This document shows positions 42,317-52,864 of a stretch of 64,000 bases of DNA, one piece after another. Both the position numbers and the translations under genes were made by a program. The notes below the pieces were generated by a model. The model saw nothing but the letters and a program-made list of their open reading frames with translations, searched no databases and was not told the origin of the DNA. Positions within the stretch are counted from its first letter, which is position 1. Every line of letters begins with the position of its first letter. The stretch comes from an uncultured Candidatus Binatia bacterium. Lineage in GTDB: Bacteria > Desulfobacterota > Binatia > UBA9968 > CAXXLF01. The DNA is taken from the NCBI GenBank assembly GCA_965218425.1, contig OZ244621.1:1728001-1792000 (forward strand). Reading direction: 5' to 3'.

Positions 42317-42961
42317 CTAGCTTTCCAGCCTTTCATCGACTATCCTCTTGATTTTCTCGTGGACCTCTCGAGCCGGGGCCCCAGTATCCAGTACGACAAT
42401 CCGGTGAGGCTCCGCTTGAGCCATCCCAAGAAATCCTTTTCTCACCCTCTCGTGAAATTTAATGTTTTGGCTTTCAAAGCGGTCTCCAGGGCCAGCTCCG
42501 GGAGACCGTTCTTCAGTCCGTCGTCTGGCACGGGACAGGGCTGTCTGCGGAGCACAGTCCAATAGCAGCGTGAGATCAGGTTGGATTTCCCCACTGGCGA
42601 GTGCATTCATGCGCTGCAGCAACTGGAGATCGAACCCGCGGCCGTAGCCCTGATAGGCCAATGTGGAGTCGTTGAATCTATCACATAAAACGATCCTTCC
42701 CTCCTCCAGAGCGGGGCGAATCACTTCTTGGATATGCTGGGCACGGTCAGCCAGGTAAAGAAAAAGCTCCATTTCGTTTGCGACTTCTCCTCTCCCTCCT
42801 TCCACAATCACCTTACGAATCCATTGGCCCAGTTCCGTACCCCCGGGTTCATGGGTCAGCAAACAGTTCTTCCCCTTGCTGATGAGATGCCCCTCAAGCC
42901 ATTTCATCTGGGTGGTCTTTCCGGTGCCATCACCACCTTCAAAAGTGATCAACCGCATCAT
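42317..42961 (-). CDS. tmk: Thymidylate kinase
   Basis: ITFEGGDGTGKTTQ, DRAQH, DRF..STLAYQG. Confidence 0.96.
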   Translation of the reverse strand: MMRLITFEGGDGTGKTTQMKWLEGHLISKGKNCLLTHEPGGTELGQWIRKVIVEGGRGEVANEMELFLYLADRAQHIQEVIRPALEEGRIVLCDRFNDSTLAYQGYGRGFDLQLLQRMNALASGEIQPDLTLLLDCAPQTALSRARRRTEERSPGAGPGDRFESQNIKFHERVRKGFLGMAQAEPHRIVVLDTGAPAREVHEKIKRIVDERLES

Positions 42962-42972
42962 TGATATGTGCC

Positions 42973-42988
42973 GACTTCACGTGAAAAA
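42973..42988. promoter_or_regulatory. parS-like site
   Basis: GACTTCACGTGAAAAA versus consensus TGTTTCACGTGAAACA. Confidence 0.4.
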
Positions 42989-43156
42989 AGACCGGCTTGG
43001 TTAGGTCAAGTATATAAGTCCAATTGTTTTTCGCCACCTCACCGGTTCCGTCCGTGTAGCCATCGTCAACCACGATCACTGCTGCATCGGCCAATTTCAA
43101 TCAGTCCAACCGGTCCAACAGCGAAGACCGGCAGGGTAACTGAAATTTCAGCGCTC

Positions 43157-44941
43157 CTAGCCATGGATTTGATAGATTGAGTATCTGCGTTGCTGGAAAA
43201 GCCGCCGCAGGTGAAGCGCTACGAACGCATCCCAGAGTTTCCGCTTTTCGTTGCTGAGATTGTTGCGCAGAAACCTTTGCAACATCTCGTCTCGAACCAG
43301 GAGGTGAGTCAGTCCCATGGCCTCTAGTCTTGTCTTCACGCCACTTGCGTTCCGGGCCTCCCTAATCATGCTCACGAGACTCCATGCTTGATCCCCAGAA
43401 TCATGAATATAGTCCCTAAGACAATAATAAACCCTTCCGCCCATAAAAAGAAAATAAATCTTGGCCGTAGAAGGAAGTTTTTGATTGATATACTTAACGG
43501 CAGGATAGTCCGGCAACCTACGATGCAAAAAACTTTCCCGGCTTTCCCTCCCGATGAGGAATCCCAGCGGAGATACGGACTGAAAATAGTTCCAAAGGCA
43601 GAAACCGTTGAAGGCCAGCAGGAGGATAACCCCCCCCACCAGAATCGAGGGATGAAGGATTCGTAAATAGACGTTATGTACCCCGTAAACGAGTAAAATC
43701 ACTAGGGGAGCGACTATGGGAAGAAGATAACGGATTGGTAAATCCACCAAAAAAAGAGCATAAAGGAAGTAGAACGCCACGAAGCCAAAAATCAATTTCT
43801 TTTCCTCGGTCCATTTACCTTTAAAAGCCCAGGGCAAAAACAATATCAATATGGGATTAAGCACTCCGTCAAAGTGCTGAGGATCATCGTCGCGCCCCGT
43901 GAAAAACACTCGAATCGGTAAGGCGGCGATTTCCCACCAGCTCTCTCCCCAGAAAAGCGCTCGCTTACCAAAGATCCCAGCATCTACGCCTCCCCCACCG
44001 CCTCCTCCCCCAACGCTACCAAAAAAGCCTGCCAATGCCGGGTAAAAGGCGTTGCCGGTTTGAATGAGATTCTTGATAGCCCAGGGGCTAAAAGGAATCC
44101 ACGCAAAGAGCAGGAATAGCAGGGTCCAACCACAAACCTTATAGACATCTTTCTGGTAGGTTTTCCCTAACAAATAGACCACCACAAAGCAGAGAAGGAA
44201 AAAGACCAGCAATCCATTGGGTTTAGTGGCGAGGCAAAAGCCCACTGAAAGACCAGCTAAGATTAACCATCGAGGTTGCGGCGTGTCGTACCACCACAGC
44301 AAGCAGAGCAAAGACGCCAGAGAATAAAAAATAAGTCCAAGATCCACGTAGGCCCAATTGCTGAGGCTAAGGATAACAGGCGTGGAAATGAAAAATAGAA
44401 ATCCCAATAGACCATAGATTGGGCTGAGACGTCGCGCGAGATAGGCATAGACCAGGACCCCTGTGAGAAACCCAAAAAGACCATGAACGAGCTTTGGGAG
44501 GGAGTCCCAACCCCATTTTACGAACGGTACGTAAAGCATATCGAGGAGCATGGGGTAATAGGAATAGGGGGCAAACGGTATTTCATGGATCCTGCCCGCC
44601 CGAACATAGAGCCTGGGAATAGCGAGATGACGGGTGAGCTCATCCCTCGCCCAGGGCGGAACCAGTCCTAGCAGCACTTCCGCCAACACAATCCCAAGGA
44701 TCAAGATCCAAACAAAAGAGCCGAGCCTACCTTCCCCGCGCATCTCGATGACGATCACATAGAGCAGGGCAAGGGCCGCTAGAAGAATGGCTATGGCCGT
44801 GGTGAAATTAAGCAGAGGATTTTCGAGGTAGCCACTCACCCCTGCAATAAAATAGAGAGTCGCGACAAAGCCCAGGAAGCAACCGACGAGACAGGTCCGG
44901 TAAAAGAGTTGGGTAAAACGGTCTTGCTGTGCTACCGTCAC
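43157..44941 (-). CDS. GT-C fold / PMT-like (ArnT family) integral membrane glycosyltransferase
   Basis: Multi-TM 594 aa; PPWARDELTRHL loop, YYPML, YVDLG and TKPNG motifs. Confidence 0.7.
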   Translation of the reverse strand: MTVAQQDRFTQLFYRTCLVGCFLGFVATLYFIAGVSGYLENPLLNFTTAIAILLAALALLYVIVIEMRGEGRLGSFVWILILGIVLAEVLLGLVPPWARDELTRHLAIPRLYVRAGRIHEIPFAPYSYYPMLLDMLYVPFVKWGWDSLPKLVHGLFGFLTGVLVYAYLARRLSPIYGLLGFLFFISTPVILSLSNWAYVDLGLIFYSLASLLCLLWWYDTPQPRWLILAGLSVGFCLATKPNGLLVFFLLCFVVVYLLGKTYQKDVYKVCGWTLLFLLFAWIPFSPWAIKNLIQTGNAFYPALAGFFGSVGGGGGGGGVDAGIFGKRALFWGESWWEIAALPIRVFFTGRDDDPQHFDGVLNPILILFLPWAFKGKWTEEKKLIFGFVAFYFLYALFLVDLPIRYLLPIVAPLVILLVYGVHNVYLRILHPSILVGGVILLLAFNGFCLWNYFQSVSPLGFLIGRESRESFLHRRLPDYPAVKYINQKLPSTAKIYFLFMGGRVYYCLRDYIHDSGDQAWSLVSMIREARNASGVKTRLEAMGLTHLLVRDEMLQRFLRNNLSNEKRKLWDAFVALHLRRLFQQRRYSIYQIHG

Positions 44942-45975
44942 CTGCTTCTCTTTTTAAGCCAACTCCCGATTAGCGGGAACACCTCTTCTTTGGCCTTCTT
45001 GCCCAGGATGAGGTCGTAGTGGCCATAGCCGACTGAGTCTTTTGGTCTGGATCCGAAAATTCTATGTGTGCGATCCCGCGACTTCAGTTCACGGTAGGTA
45101 GCCCGGAGGACCTGCGGGGGGGCCAAGGAGTCCTGTTCTCCCCCAATGATAAGAACAGGAACACGAATTTTGGCAAGGTTTTGTCGATAGCTGTGATTCC
45201 CCGTGGCTGATACAAACTCGCCCTTGCGGATCATCGTGATCACATGATCCAGCACCCCCGGGTTCACTGGCGCCAGGGCCGTTTCTAACAATCTTTGCTC
45301 CACTTCGGGATCCATATTCTCTGGGTTATAAAAAAACTTCTCAACCGCAGGAATACGAGGTATCAGCAAGCGCTTAACAAGAGGAGCATCTATATAAAGA
45401 ACTATTTTTTTCCATGTGGGATGTTTTTCCAACTTAAGGAGGGCTCTCATGGGCTCCTGTTTGGAATCGTCGAAGAGAACCGGAGTTCCAATGGTTACCA
45501 GAGCACCAATCCCGGATCGGCTCCTCTTCTTTTCAAGATAACCGTAGAGAACAAGCCCTCCCATCTCGAAACCCACCCAGTTAACCCTGGGACTCCCGCT
45601 TTGCTTCCGGACATAACGTATGACTGAAGACAAATCGTCATTGATCATATCGTCTAGCGACCATTTTTTTGGCGGCGCCTTAAGGGGCTTCAGGCTCCGC
45701 CCCGTACCTCTAAGCGAAAGGTTCCACACGTCGAACCCCTCCTCAGCCAGGTACCATGCCAGACTGTATTCCCGCGTGAGATTCATAAAACGGCTGTTGA
45801 CCATCATCCCATGAGCGAGCACCACCGGGGTTCGCCGGCTAGGATTTTTCAGCCGAAACCGCTCCATTGCCAATTCAAACTTTTTCTCGGTCACCGCCCA
45901 GTGAAGTTTCCGCGAAACATACGGAGCACTCGCGCCCCAGGCGTTGGAAAGAAAGCAGAGGAGTGAAACTAACAA
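44938..45975 (-). CDS. Secreted alpha/beta-hydrolase fold protein with non-canonical nucleophile elbow
   Basis: PVVLAHG, GFDVWNLSLRG, GFEMGG (instead of GHSMGG), QDSLAP, YGHYDL. Start codon uncertain. Confidence 0.8.
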   Translation of the reverse strand: MLVSLLCFLSNAWGASAPYVSRKLHWAVTEKKFELAMERFRLKNPSRRTPVVLAHGMMVNSRFMNLTREYSLAWYLAEEGFDVWNLSLRGTGRSLKPLKAPPKKWSLDDMINDDLSSVIRYVRKQSGSPRVNWVGFEMGGLVLYGYLEKKRSRSGIGALVTIGTPVLFDDSKQEPMRALLKLEKHPTWKKIVLYIDAPLVKRLLIPRIPAVEKFFYNPENMDPEVEQRLLETALAPVNPGVLDHVITMIRKGEFVSATGNHSYRQNLAKIRVPVLIIGGEQDSLAPPQVLRATYRELKSRDRTHRIFGSRPKDSVGYGHYDLILGKKAKEEVFPLIGSWLKKRSR

Positions 45976-46160
45976 GAATTGTGAAATCGATTTTATAAGA
46001 ACCGTAGCCTCCTTGGTTCCTGACCGTTCTTTTGGCGACCTATCCTTTTAATGAGGATTCGCAAGAGGGGTCCTGATTCAAATGTGCCGCTACGATTCAC
46101 TAACAGAGGAGCGACCCGTTACTCATTATAGGAGTCACCCTCTTGGTCTGTCAAATTTTT

Positions 46161-46266
46161 ACCCCGAACCACACAACGCACCGGATGTGAGCCCGGGGAT
46201 GAATGTTCCAAATTTGCCCGAAGGGAAGCGCCCCAAAGCCACGGATCTATGTCCGTGGTACAGGGT
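46161..46266. mobile_element. MITE/REP-like element with imperfect terminal inverted repeats and IS200/IS605-like internal hairpins
   Basis: ACCCCGAACCAC ... GTGGTACAGGGT (10/12 inverted match); internal CCACGGA-TCTATG-TCCGTGG hairpin. Confidence 0.4.
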
Positions 46267-46342
46267 TTGCCACTTTACTAATCATATCAACAACGACCCC
46301 TGAGGAAAAGATAAACCCCGTACTCCATGTCTAAATCCTTGG

Positions 46343-46438
46343 GCGAGAGGAACTAGAATCAGGGAGTTAGACATCGACGGTTTGGCTTCAGAGATTCACC
46401 GGCTCACTGCCCTCCGTCTCGAGACTCCTTGCCCGAAG
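46343..46438 (+). repeat. Structured dispersed repeat, degenerate copy D
   Basis: Shares GCTTCAGAGATTCACCGGC and a GACTCCTTGCCCGAAG end with the other copies. Confidence 0.6.
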
Positions 46439-46563
46439 TACAAGTCCGGCTGGTGGTTCGTTGAGCACAACATGAACCGAGCAGCAGGGTTTGTTATAGG
46501 AAGTGGACTCGGAGGCCTGCCCCTCAGCGGGAGCCGACCGGCCTCTACCTCGAGGCCCCGTCC

Positions 46564-46751
46564 TTTGATCTGACATGCCAAATTGGCAAGAGCTGCCAGT
46601 ATCGGACGTCTCCCTTTGTTCGCCCCAGGCCCCCTTCACCTAACAACGCGGGTTGACGAGGGGAACGAGACGTAAGGGCGTGGGCATCGAGCGTTCAGGT
46701 TCGGATATTCGCCGGTCTGTTGCCCACGGCCTGAAGACTCGTTCCCCGAGG
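46564..46751 (+). repeat. Structured dispersed repeat, long copy B (~190 bp)
   Basis: Near-identical to the reverse complement of 62334-62517 (TTTGATCTGACATGCCAAAT...CCTAACAACGCGGG...TTGCCCACGGCC). Confidence 0.85.
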
Positions 46752-46913
46752 AGCAAAGCAGGCTTGGAGCTTTAGGGCAGTCTCCAACGGGGAATGAGGA
46801 CGATGGGCGCTGGGATCGATGGCCGGCTCTCGAAATTTAGTGGAAGGTAAAGGAATTGATATGAAGAGTCAGATTGTCTTCCAACCAAAAATTGCTAAGA
46901 TAATTTCCTTCCC

Positions 46914-48290
46914 ATGTACAAAGAAGACACGATAGCAGCCATTGCAACGCCGGTGGGAGAGGGCGGGGTGGCCATTGTGCGGGTAAGCGGTCCTGAGGCC
47001 GAGCAGATTGGCCAAATGATTTTTCAACAAGGGGCCAACGGCAATGGTATTTTCCAATCCCATAAACTTCACCACGGGACCATCCGCGACCCTGCTGACG
47101 GCAAGGCTCTGGATGATGTCTTGGCCACTGTAATGCGCAGTCCCCGCAGCTACACCGGCGAAGACGTGCTGGAAGTGCAGTGTCATGGGGGATCTTTCGT
47201 AGCCCGACGAATTCTTGAAACTATACTGAAGTGCGGGGCGCGGTACGCAGAGCCCGGGGAGTTTACCAAGAGGGCCTTCCTCAACGGTCGCTTGGATCTC
47301 GCACAGGCGGAAGGGGTTCTCGATCTAATCCACGCCCGTACCGAAAAGGGAATGGGATTGGCCGTGGGCCAGGTTCGCGGCGAACTCTCCAAATGGGTGG
47401 GAGAGCTACGTGAGAAACTGATCGATATCTTGGTTCAAGTGGAGGCGGCCATCGATTTTCCCGAAGAGGAGCTGGAACTGCTCAGAAGGGAAGAGCTGGC
47501 GGGTAAAGTCGATTCCCTAAAGAGCAAAATTCTAATAATTATAGATAGTTACGATTGGGGGAGACTATATCGGGAAGGTGTGGCGGTGTGCATTGCGGGA
47601 CGACCCAACGTCGGAAAATCCAGTTTGTTAAATGCGCTCCTTGGCGAGGAGCGGGTAATTGTAGCCCCCGTGCCAGGAACCACCCGAGATTTTGTGGAAG
47701 AGAGCCTAAATCTAGACGGACTTAAGATTGTTCTTTCGGATACCGCCGGCATCCGAGAAGGAAACGACGAAGTTGAGAGGGTAGGGGTGGCGTTCTCATT
47801 GAAAAAGCTTGAGGAAGCACAGGGGTTTATACTAGTGTTGGATGGAACCTCTGCAATCATGCAGGACGACCATGCAATCATGGCCGAAGTCATGGGAAAA
47901 AAAGGCATAGTCGTAGTTAACAAAAACGACTTGCCGAATGAACTGCCGCATAACGAATTAAAGCGTTTTGCGCCAAACCATGAGATTGTGTCTCTATCCG
48001 CAAAAACCCGCGGGGGCATTACCGAGCTCAAAAAGAAGCTACGAGTATGCTTCCTGGGAGAGAGCCCCGAACCAGACATCGTTTTGACTAACCTGCGCCA
48101 TAAAACGGCTCTGGAGAAATCCGCCAACGGCCTATCCGAAGCGTCAAGGAGCCTGAAGGAAAACCTACCGCCGGAGATGGTCGCAGTTGATCTACAGGAT
48201 GCCAGTCAAAACCTTGGTGAAGTTATTGGCATTGTATCAAATGATGATATTTTAAAACGTGTTTTTAGTCAGTTTTGCATCGGGAAATGA
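46914..48290 (+). CDS. mnmE: tRNA modification GTPase MnmE/TrmE
   Basis: DTIAAIAT, GEFTKRAFLNG, GRPNVGKSSL, DTAG, NKND, FCIGK end. Confidence 0.97.
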   Translation: MYKEDTIAAIATPVGEGGVAIVRVSGPEAEQIGQMIFQQGANGNGIFQSHKLHHGTIRDPADGKALDDVLATVMRSPRSYTGEDVLEVQCHGGSFVARRILETILKCGARYAEPGEFTKRAFLNGRLDLAQAEGVLDLIHARTEKGMGLAVGQVRGELSKWVGELREKLIDILVQVEAAIDFPEEELELLRREELAGKVDSLKSKILIIIDSYDWGRLYREGVAVCIAGRPNVGKSSLLNALLGEERVIVAPVPGTTRDFVEESLNLDGLKIVLSDTAGIREGNDEVERVGVAFSLKKLEEAQGFILVLDGTSAIMQDDHAIMAEVMGKKGIVVVNKNDLPNELPHNELKRFAPNHEIVSLSAKTRGGITELKKKLRVCFLGESPEPDIVLTNLRHKTALEKSANGLSEASRSLKENLPPEMVAVDLQDASQNLGEVIGIVSNDDILKRVFSQFCIGK

Positions 48291-48470
48291 CGGTGAGCCA
48301 TATAATATTGAGAATTTTTCTCGCTGTTTGGGTTGTAAAATCCAGGTGATTTTGGCTCATGCAAAGACCCCAATTGTTTCCAATGCGAAGAAAATATACA
48401 TTGTAGGGTAGTCTTATGGAGCGAAAGAACTGGTTCTGTTGGTTTATTAATCTACAAAGGCTTGATTAGA

Positions 48471-48486
48471 ATTTTCACGTGAAACA
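48471..48486. promoter_or_regulatory. parS site
   Basis: ATTTTCACGTGAAACA, 14/16 to consensus, immediately before mnmG. Confidence 0.7.
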
Positions 48487-48488
48487 CT

Positions 48489-50366
48489 ATGGTTGAACAG
48501 GGAACGATTTACGACATTATCATTGTGGGAGCCGGTCATGCAGGAATTGAAGCCGCCCTGGCATCCGCAAGGATGGGTTGCCAGACCTTAATGCTGACCC
48601 TCAATCTGGACCATATAGGGCAGATGTCTTGCAACCCCGCCATAGGTGGAATTGGCAAGGGCCATTTGGTTAAGGAGATTGACGCCCTGGGCGGTGAGAT
48701 GGCAAAGGCCATCGACGAAACTGGACTACAGTTCCGTACCCTCAACACGAAGAAGGGACCGGCGGTTCGGGCCTCTCGGGCGCAAGCAGACAAGGCCCTC
48801 TATCGACTGAGAATGAAGCGGGTCCTGGAAAATTGCCCAAACTTGACCCTTCGTCAAGGCAGCGTTGAGTCTCTTTTAGTTGACGATTATAAAGTGACCG
48901 GAGTAGAGACTCAGATCGGAGAGGTCTTTAACGGTCGAAAGGTTATTCTAACCACCGGAACTTTTCTCAAAGGCCTCATTCACGTTGGAGATAAAAACTA
49001 TTCCGGCGGGCGGGCGGGCGACTCTTCATCTAACGGACTAAGCGAATCACTCGACGGGCTAGGCTTCAACATTGGCAGGCTGAAAACCGGTACTTGCCCG
49101 CGGTTGGATGGGCGCACCATAGATAAAGACCGCCTGGCGGCTCAACATGGCGATAGCAACCCCAGGCCATTCTCATTCTCTACCCAAAAAATTAAACAGG
49201 AACAGATTCCCTGCTACATCACCTACACAAATCGGGACACCCACGATATTATCCGTGCCGCACTGCACCGCTCGCCAATGTATTCTGGAGCAATAAAAAG
49301 TCGAGGGCCTCGATACTGTCCTTCAATCGAGGATAAAGTCGTTCGGTTCGCAGACAGATCTAGACATCAAATATTTTTGGAGCCGGAGGGATATGACACG
49401 ATAGAGGTATACCCCAATGGCTTATCCACCAGCCTCCCCCTCGATGTCCAACTGGACATGGTAAGATCCATCGAGGGATTGGAGCAGGCAGAAATCATGA
49501 GACCTGGTTACGCCATCGAGTATGATTACGTCGACCCCACTCAGCTTTACTCAACCCTAGAAACAAAGATTATCAAGGGTCTGTACCACGCCGGGCAAAT
49601 CAATGGTACGACAGGATACGAAGAGGCGGCTTGTCAGGGTATAATGGCCGCTATCAATGCGGTTCTTTCCTTACGTAATGAAGAACCGCTAATTCTATCG
49701 AGGGATCAATCCTATATCGGCGTGCTCATAGATGATCTTGTCACGAAAGGAACAGACGGGGAACCATATCGAATGTTCACCTCACGGGCCGAGTACCGTC
49801 TGCTGCTAAGAGAGGACAACGCTGACCTACGTCTTACTGAATTGAGCTTTGGAAAAGGACTTGCTACGGAAGCTGAGTATCAGCGGACCGTCGGAAAGAG
49901 AACCTCCATCAATGAAACCATAGGATATCTTCGTGAGAGGCGCATTAACCCCACGGCCGATACCAACCGAAGACTTGAGGCCGTGGGCTCGGCTCCGTTG
50001 CACACACCGACTTCATTGCTCCAGCTACTTCGCCGTCCAGAGATTTCATTCCATCATCTAATGGGCTTTGAGCCTAAGTTGTATGACATTCAACCAGACT
50101 TGAGCTTGCAGGTTGAGCTACATATAAAATATGTCGGGTACATTCAAAGGCAGCTGGAAGGAGTTGACAGATTCCGAAAAATGGAAAACGTCCACCTTCC
50201 CGAAGACATAGACTACGCTACAATTTCAGGACTATCACGTGAAGTGCGCGAAAAACTGGCGCATGTAAGACCTCGTTCCCTTGGACAGGCACATCGAATT
50301 CCAGGGGTCACACCGGCCGCGGTATCTATCCTGTCCATCTATTTAAAAAAGAGAAGGCTTGCTTAA
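48489..50366 (+). CDS. mnmG: tRNA uridine 5-carboxymethylaminomethyl modification enzyme MnmG/GidA
   Basis: [39 protein letters not shown]. Confidence 0.98.
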   Translation: MVEQGTIYDIIIVGAGHAGIEAALASARMGCQTLMLTLNLDHIGQMSCNPAIGGIGKGHLVKEIDALGGEMAKAIDETGLQFRTLNTKKGPAVRASRAQADKALYRLRMKRVLENCPNLTLRQGSVESLLVDDYKVTGVETQIGEVFNGRKVILTTGTFLKGLIHVGDKNYSGGRAGDSSSNGLSESLDGLGFNIGRLKTGTCPRLDGRTIDKDRLAAQHGDSNPRPFSFSTQKIKQEQIPCYITYTNRDTHDIIRAALHRSPMYSGAIKSRGPRYCPSIEDKVVRFADRSRHQIFLEPEGYDTIEVYPNGLSTSLPLDVQLDMVRSIEGLEQAEIMRPGYAIEYDYVDPTQLYSTLETKIIKGLYHAGQINGTTGYEEAACQGIMAAINAVLSLRNEEPLILSRDQSYIGVLIDDLVTKGTDGEPYRMFTSRAEYRLLLREDNADLRLTELSFGKGLATEAEYQRTVGKRTSINETIGYLRERRINPTADTNRRLEAVGSAPLHTPTSLLQLLRRPEISFHHLMGFEPKLYDIQPDLSLQVELHIKYVGYIQRQLEGVDRFRKMENVHLPEDIDYATISGLSREVREKLAHVRPRSLGQAHRIPGVTPAAVSILSIYLKKRRLA

Positions 50367-51039
50367 AACATCAGATAGCCAAGTTTTGCAGGAGAGCCGG
50401 CAACTTATCATACGGGGCGCGGAAGCCTTAGGAATCTCGCTCTCTCAAAAGCAGCTGGGGCAACTCATAGCCTACCTTGATCTGATCCAACTGTGGAATT
50501 CAAAATTCAACCTTACTGCCATAAGAAGCACACCCCTTATTATTCGACATCATTTCATTGACTCCCTAGCCATCGCACCCTTCACAAACCCCGATAGCCG
50601 GTTGGTGGATATCGGCAGCGGTGCTGGCTTCCCAGGGATCCCTTTAAAGATAATATTTCCAAACAAGGAAATCGCTTTAGTTGATTCACAGAGGAAGAAA
50701 ACTACTCTTATGAGGGAAGTAGTCCGTGGTTTGGATCTAAAGGGTATCGAGGTGCTAGAGACAAGGGTAGAGCAACTCAAACCACCGCATGACCGCCAAT
50801 ATGCTGAGGCTGTAGCTCGCGCCTTTGGTTCCCTAGATCAGTTTCTCAAGGTCTCGGCCGGTCTACTAGCGCCGGGAGGACGGAGCCTCTTCATGAGCGG
50901 TCCAAAAGGCTTCACTGCGTTCTCCCATATATATAAGGATAAGTATTTCGAGCTAGGCTTTGTCGAAAGCCGAATGGAAAGCTACCACCTTCCCCTTGGG
51001 AAGGAGAAACGAACGCTCCTTATCTTCTTAAAGAATTGA
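50359..51039 (+). CDS. rsmG: 16S rRNA m7G527 methyltransferase RsmG/GidB
   Basis: [29 protein letters not shown]. Confidence 0.95.
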   Translation: MLKTSDSQVLQESRQLIIRGAEALGISLSQKQLGQLIAYLDLIQLWNSKFNLTAIRSTPLIIRHHFIDSLAIAPFTNPDSRLVDIGSGAGFPGIPLKIIFPNKEIALVDSQRKKTTLMREVVRGLDLKGIEVLETRVEQLKPPHDRQYAEAVARAFGSLDQFLKVSAGLLAPGGRSLFMSGPKGFTAFSHIYKDKYFELGFVESRMESYHLPLGKEKRTLLIFLKN

Positions 51040-51040
51040 C

Positions 51041-51056
51041 TGTTTCACGTAAAACT
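51041..51056. promoter_or_regulatory. parS site
   Basis: TGTTTCACGTAAAACT, 14/16 to consensus, upstream of parA. Confidence 0.65.
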
Positions 51057-51140
51057 TTTTTTATCTTCCCATTTGTTCCTTAATGTGCTAAAAAATACAT
51101 TAGGATTTAATGCAAACTATTGATATTACAGAGATTTCTT

Positions 51141-51935
51141 TTGGTTAAGGTTATTGCAATAGCCAATCAAAAAGGGGGGGTAGGCAAAACAACCACCTCG
51201 GTCAACCTTGGCGCCTCCCTGTCGGTCGCGAACAAAAGAACTCTACTTATTGATATCGATCCCCAGGGCAACAGTACCACAGGGCTAGGCATTGATCGTT
51301 CTACACTCACCAAAAGCATTTATCAGGTGTTAATTGGGGCCAGACCCCTTTTAGATGTGCTCTGCCCCACGGAACTCCCTTCCTTATCCGTTGCTCCAGC
51401 CACAAGGGATTTGATTGGCGCGGAAATCGAATTGGTCGGCGAAGAGGGAAGAGAGCAACGTCTCAAACAAGCCGTCAAATCGGTTCACGACGAGTTTGAT
51501 TACATTCTTCTCGACTGTCCGCCGTCCCTAGGGATCCTCACCTTGAACGCACTGACGGCTGCCGACTCATTGATCGTACCCCTTCAGTGCGAATACTACG
51601 CCATGGAAGGCTTAACCTCCCTTCTCGAAACCCTAAAGATAGTTCAGAAGGGATTGAACCCGAGTCTATTTCTCGAGGGAATTTTACTCACCATGTTTGA
51701 CGGCCGTAGCCGTCTTTCCCAGCAGGTAGCCGAAGAAGTAAGGCAACACTTTCCCGGGCGACTGTTCCAAACGGTGATACACCGAAACGTTCGTCTCAGC
51801 GAAAGCCCAAGCTACGGTAAACCGGCCCTTTTATACGACGTGCGCTCCACGGGAGCGCAGAGTTACCTAGATTTGGCAAAAGAACTCATGAGAAGCGAGG
51901 AGGAAAGACATCATGCAGAAGAAGGCACTGGGTAG
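51141..51935 (+). CDS. parA: Chromosome partitioning ATPase ParA/Soj
   Basis: ANQKGGVGKTT, DPQGN, DCPPSLG. Start taken as TTG at 51141 (track start 51120). Confidence 0.95.
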   Translation: MVKVIAIANQKGGVGKTTTSVNLGASLSVANKRTLLIDIDPQGNSTTGLGIDRSTLTKSIYQVLIGARPLLDVLCPTELPSLSVAPATRDLIGAEIELVGEEGREQRLKQAVKSVHDEFDYILLDCPPSLGILTLNALTAADSLIVPLQCEYYAMEGLTSLLETLKIVQKGLNPSLFLEGILLTMFDGRSRLSQQVAEEVRQHFPGRLFQTVIHRNVRLSESPSYGKPALLYDVRSTGAQSYLDLAKELMRSEEERHHAEEGTG

Positions 51936-52773
51936 GGGCCTTAGCGCTCTAATTCCTGATCTCGAGTCCACAGAGACGGCACAGCTCTGCGTGGAAGTGG
52001 AAAGAATTTCCCCCAATCCACGACAACCCCGTCGTTCATTCGACGATGAACAGATTAAGGAATTGGCGGAATCTATTCGTGTGAAGGGAGTCATCCAGCC
52101 GCTTTTAGTACGCCGCAATGAACATGGTTATGAACTCATTGCAGGGGAGCGCCGCTTACGGGCGTCGGTCCGAGCTGGACTCAAGGAAGTGCCCGTTATG
52201 GTGATTGAGGTCAACGACACCGAATCCCTTCAGATGGCGCTTATTGAAAACCTTCAACGCGAAGATCTCAACCCCATGGATGAATCCCGTGCCTTCCAGC
52301 GCCTTCAGCAAGACCTCAACCTTGGCCAAGAGCAAATAGCGATGATGGTGGGCAAGAGCCGCCCCGCGGTGGCGAACTCCATGCGACTCGCTTCTCTTCC
52401 AGTGGAGGTTCAAAAGGAAGTGGCTTCGGGAAGGCTCCCTGCGGGGCAGGCTAGGGCGCTTCTTGGGCTAGAGTCCGAGTCGCTCATACTATCTGCTGCG
52501 CGCGAGGTTCTGGCTAAAGGACTTTCCACCCGTGAAACAGAGCGTCTGGTAGGGCGCCTCAAGACTCCGAAGCGGAGAAAAAGAGGAGCCTCACAACTGG
52601 ATCCCAGTCTGACTCCGCTCATCGAGGAGGTTCAGCGCTGGTTAGGAACCAAAGTCCGGCTCTTGCATCGGTCCAGATCAGGGAAGGGAAAAATAGAGAT
52701 CGAATATTACTCCACAGCGGACTTCGAACGGATCCTTCGCAAGTTGATGGACAACCGGCGAAGCCCCGCATAA
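51913..52773 (+). CDS. parB: Chromosome partitioning protein ParB/Spo0J
   Basis: LGRGLSAL, AGERR, ENLQREDL, GKSRPAVAN HTH. Confidence 0.96.
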   Translation: MQKKALGRGLSALIPDLESTETAQLCVEVERISPNPRQPRRSFDDEQIKELAESIRVKGVIQPLLVRRNEHGYELIAGERRLRASVRAGLKEVPVMVIEVNDTESLQMALIENLQREDLNPMDESRAFQRLQQDLNLGQEQIAMMVGKSRPAVANSMRLASLPVEVQKEVASGRLPAGQARALLGLESESLILSAAREVLAKGLSTRETERLVGRLKTPKRRKRGASQLDPSLTPLIEEVQRWLGTKVRLLHRSRSGKGKIEIEYYSTADFERILRKLMDNRRSPA

Positions 52774-52835
52774 CCTAAAAATTCCGCCTCCAAACCGCTC
52801 CTGGCCGCCCTTATCCCCCCTCGGCGAATCGTCTT

Positions 52836-52864
52836 TTGACATTATTTCACCGCGATGGTATAGA
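52836..52864 (+). promoter_or_regulatory. Sigma70-type promoter of the atp operon
   Basis: TTGACA-N17-TATAGA with an extended -10 TG. Confidence 0.55.

Noticed and set aside
48291..48470. oriC in the AT-rich mnmE-mnmG spacer
   Set aside because: No recognisable DnaA boxes; only a parS site.
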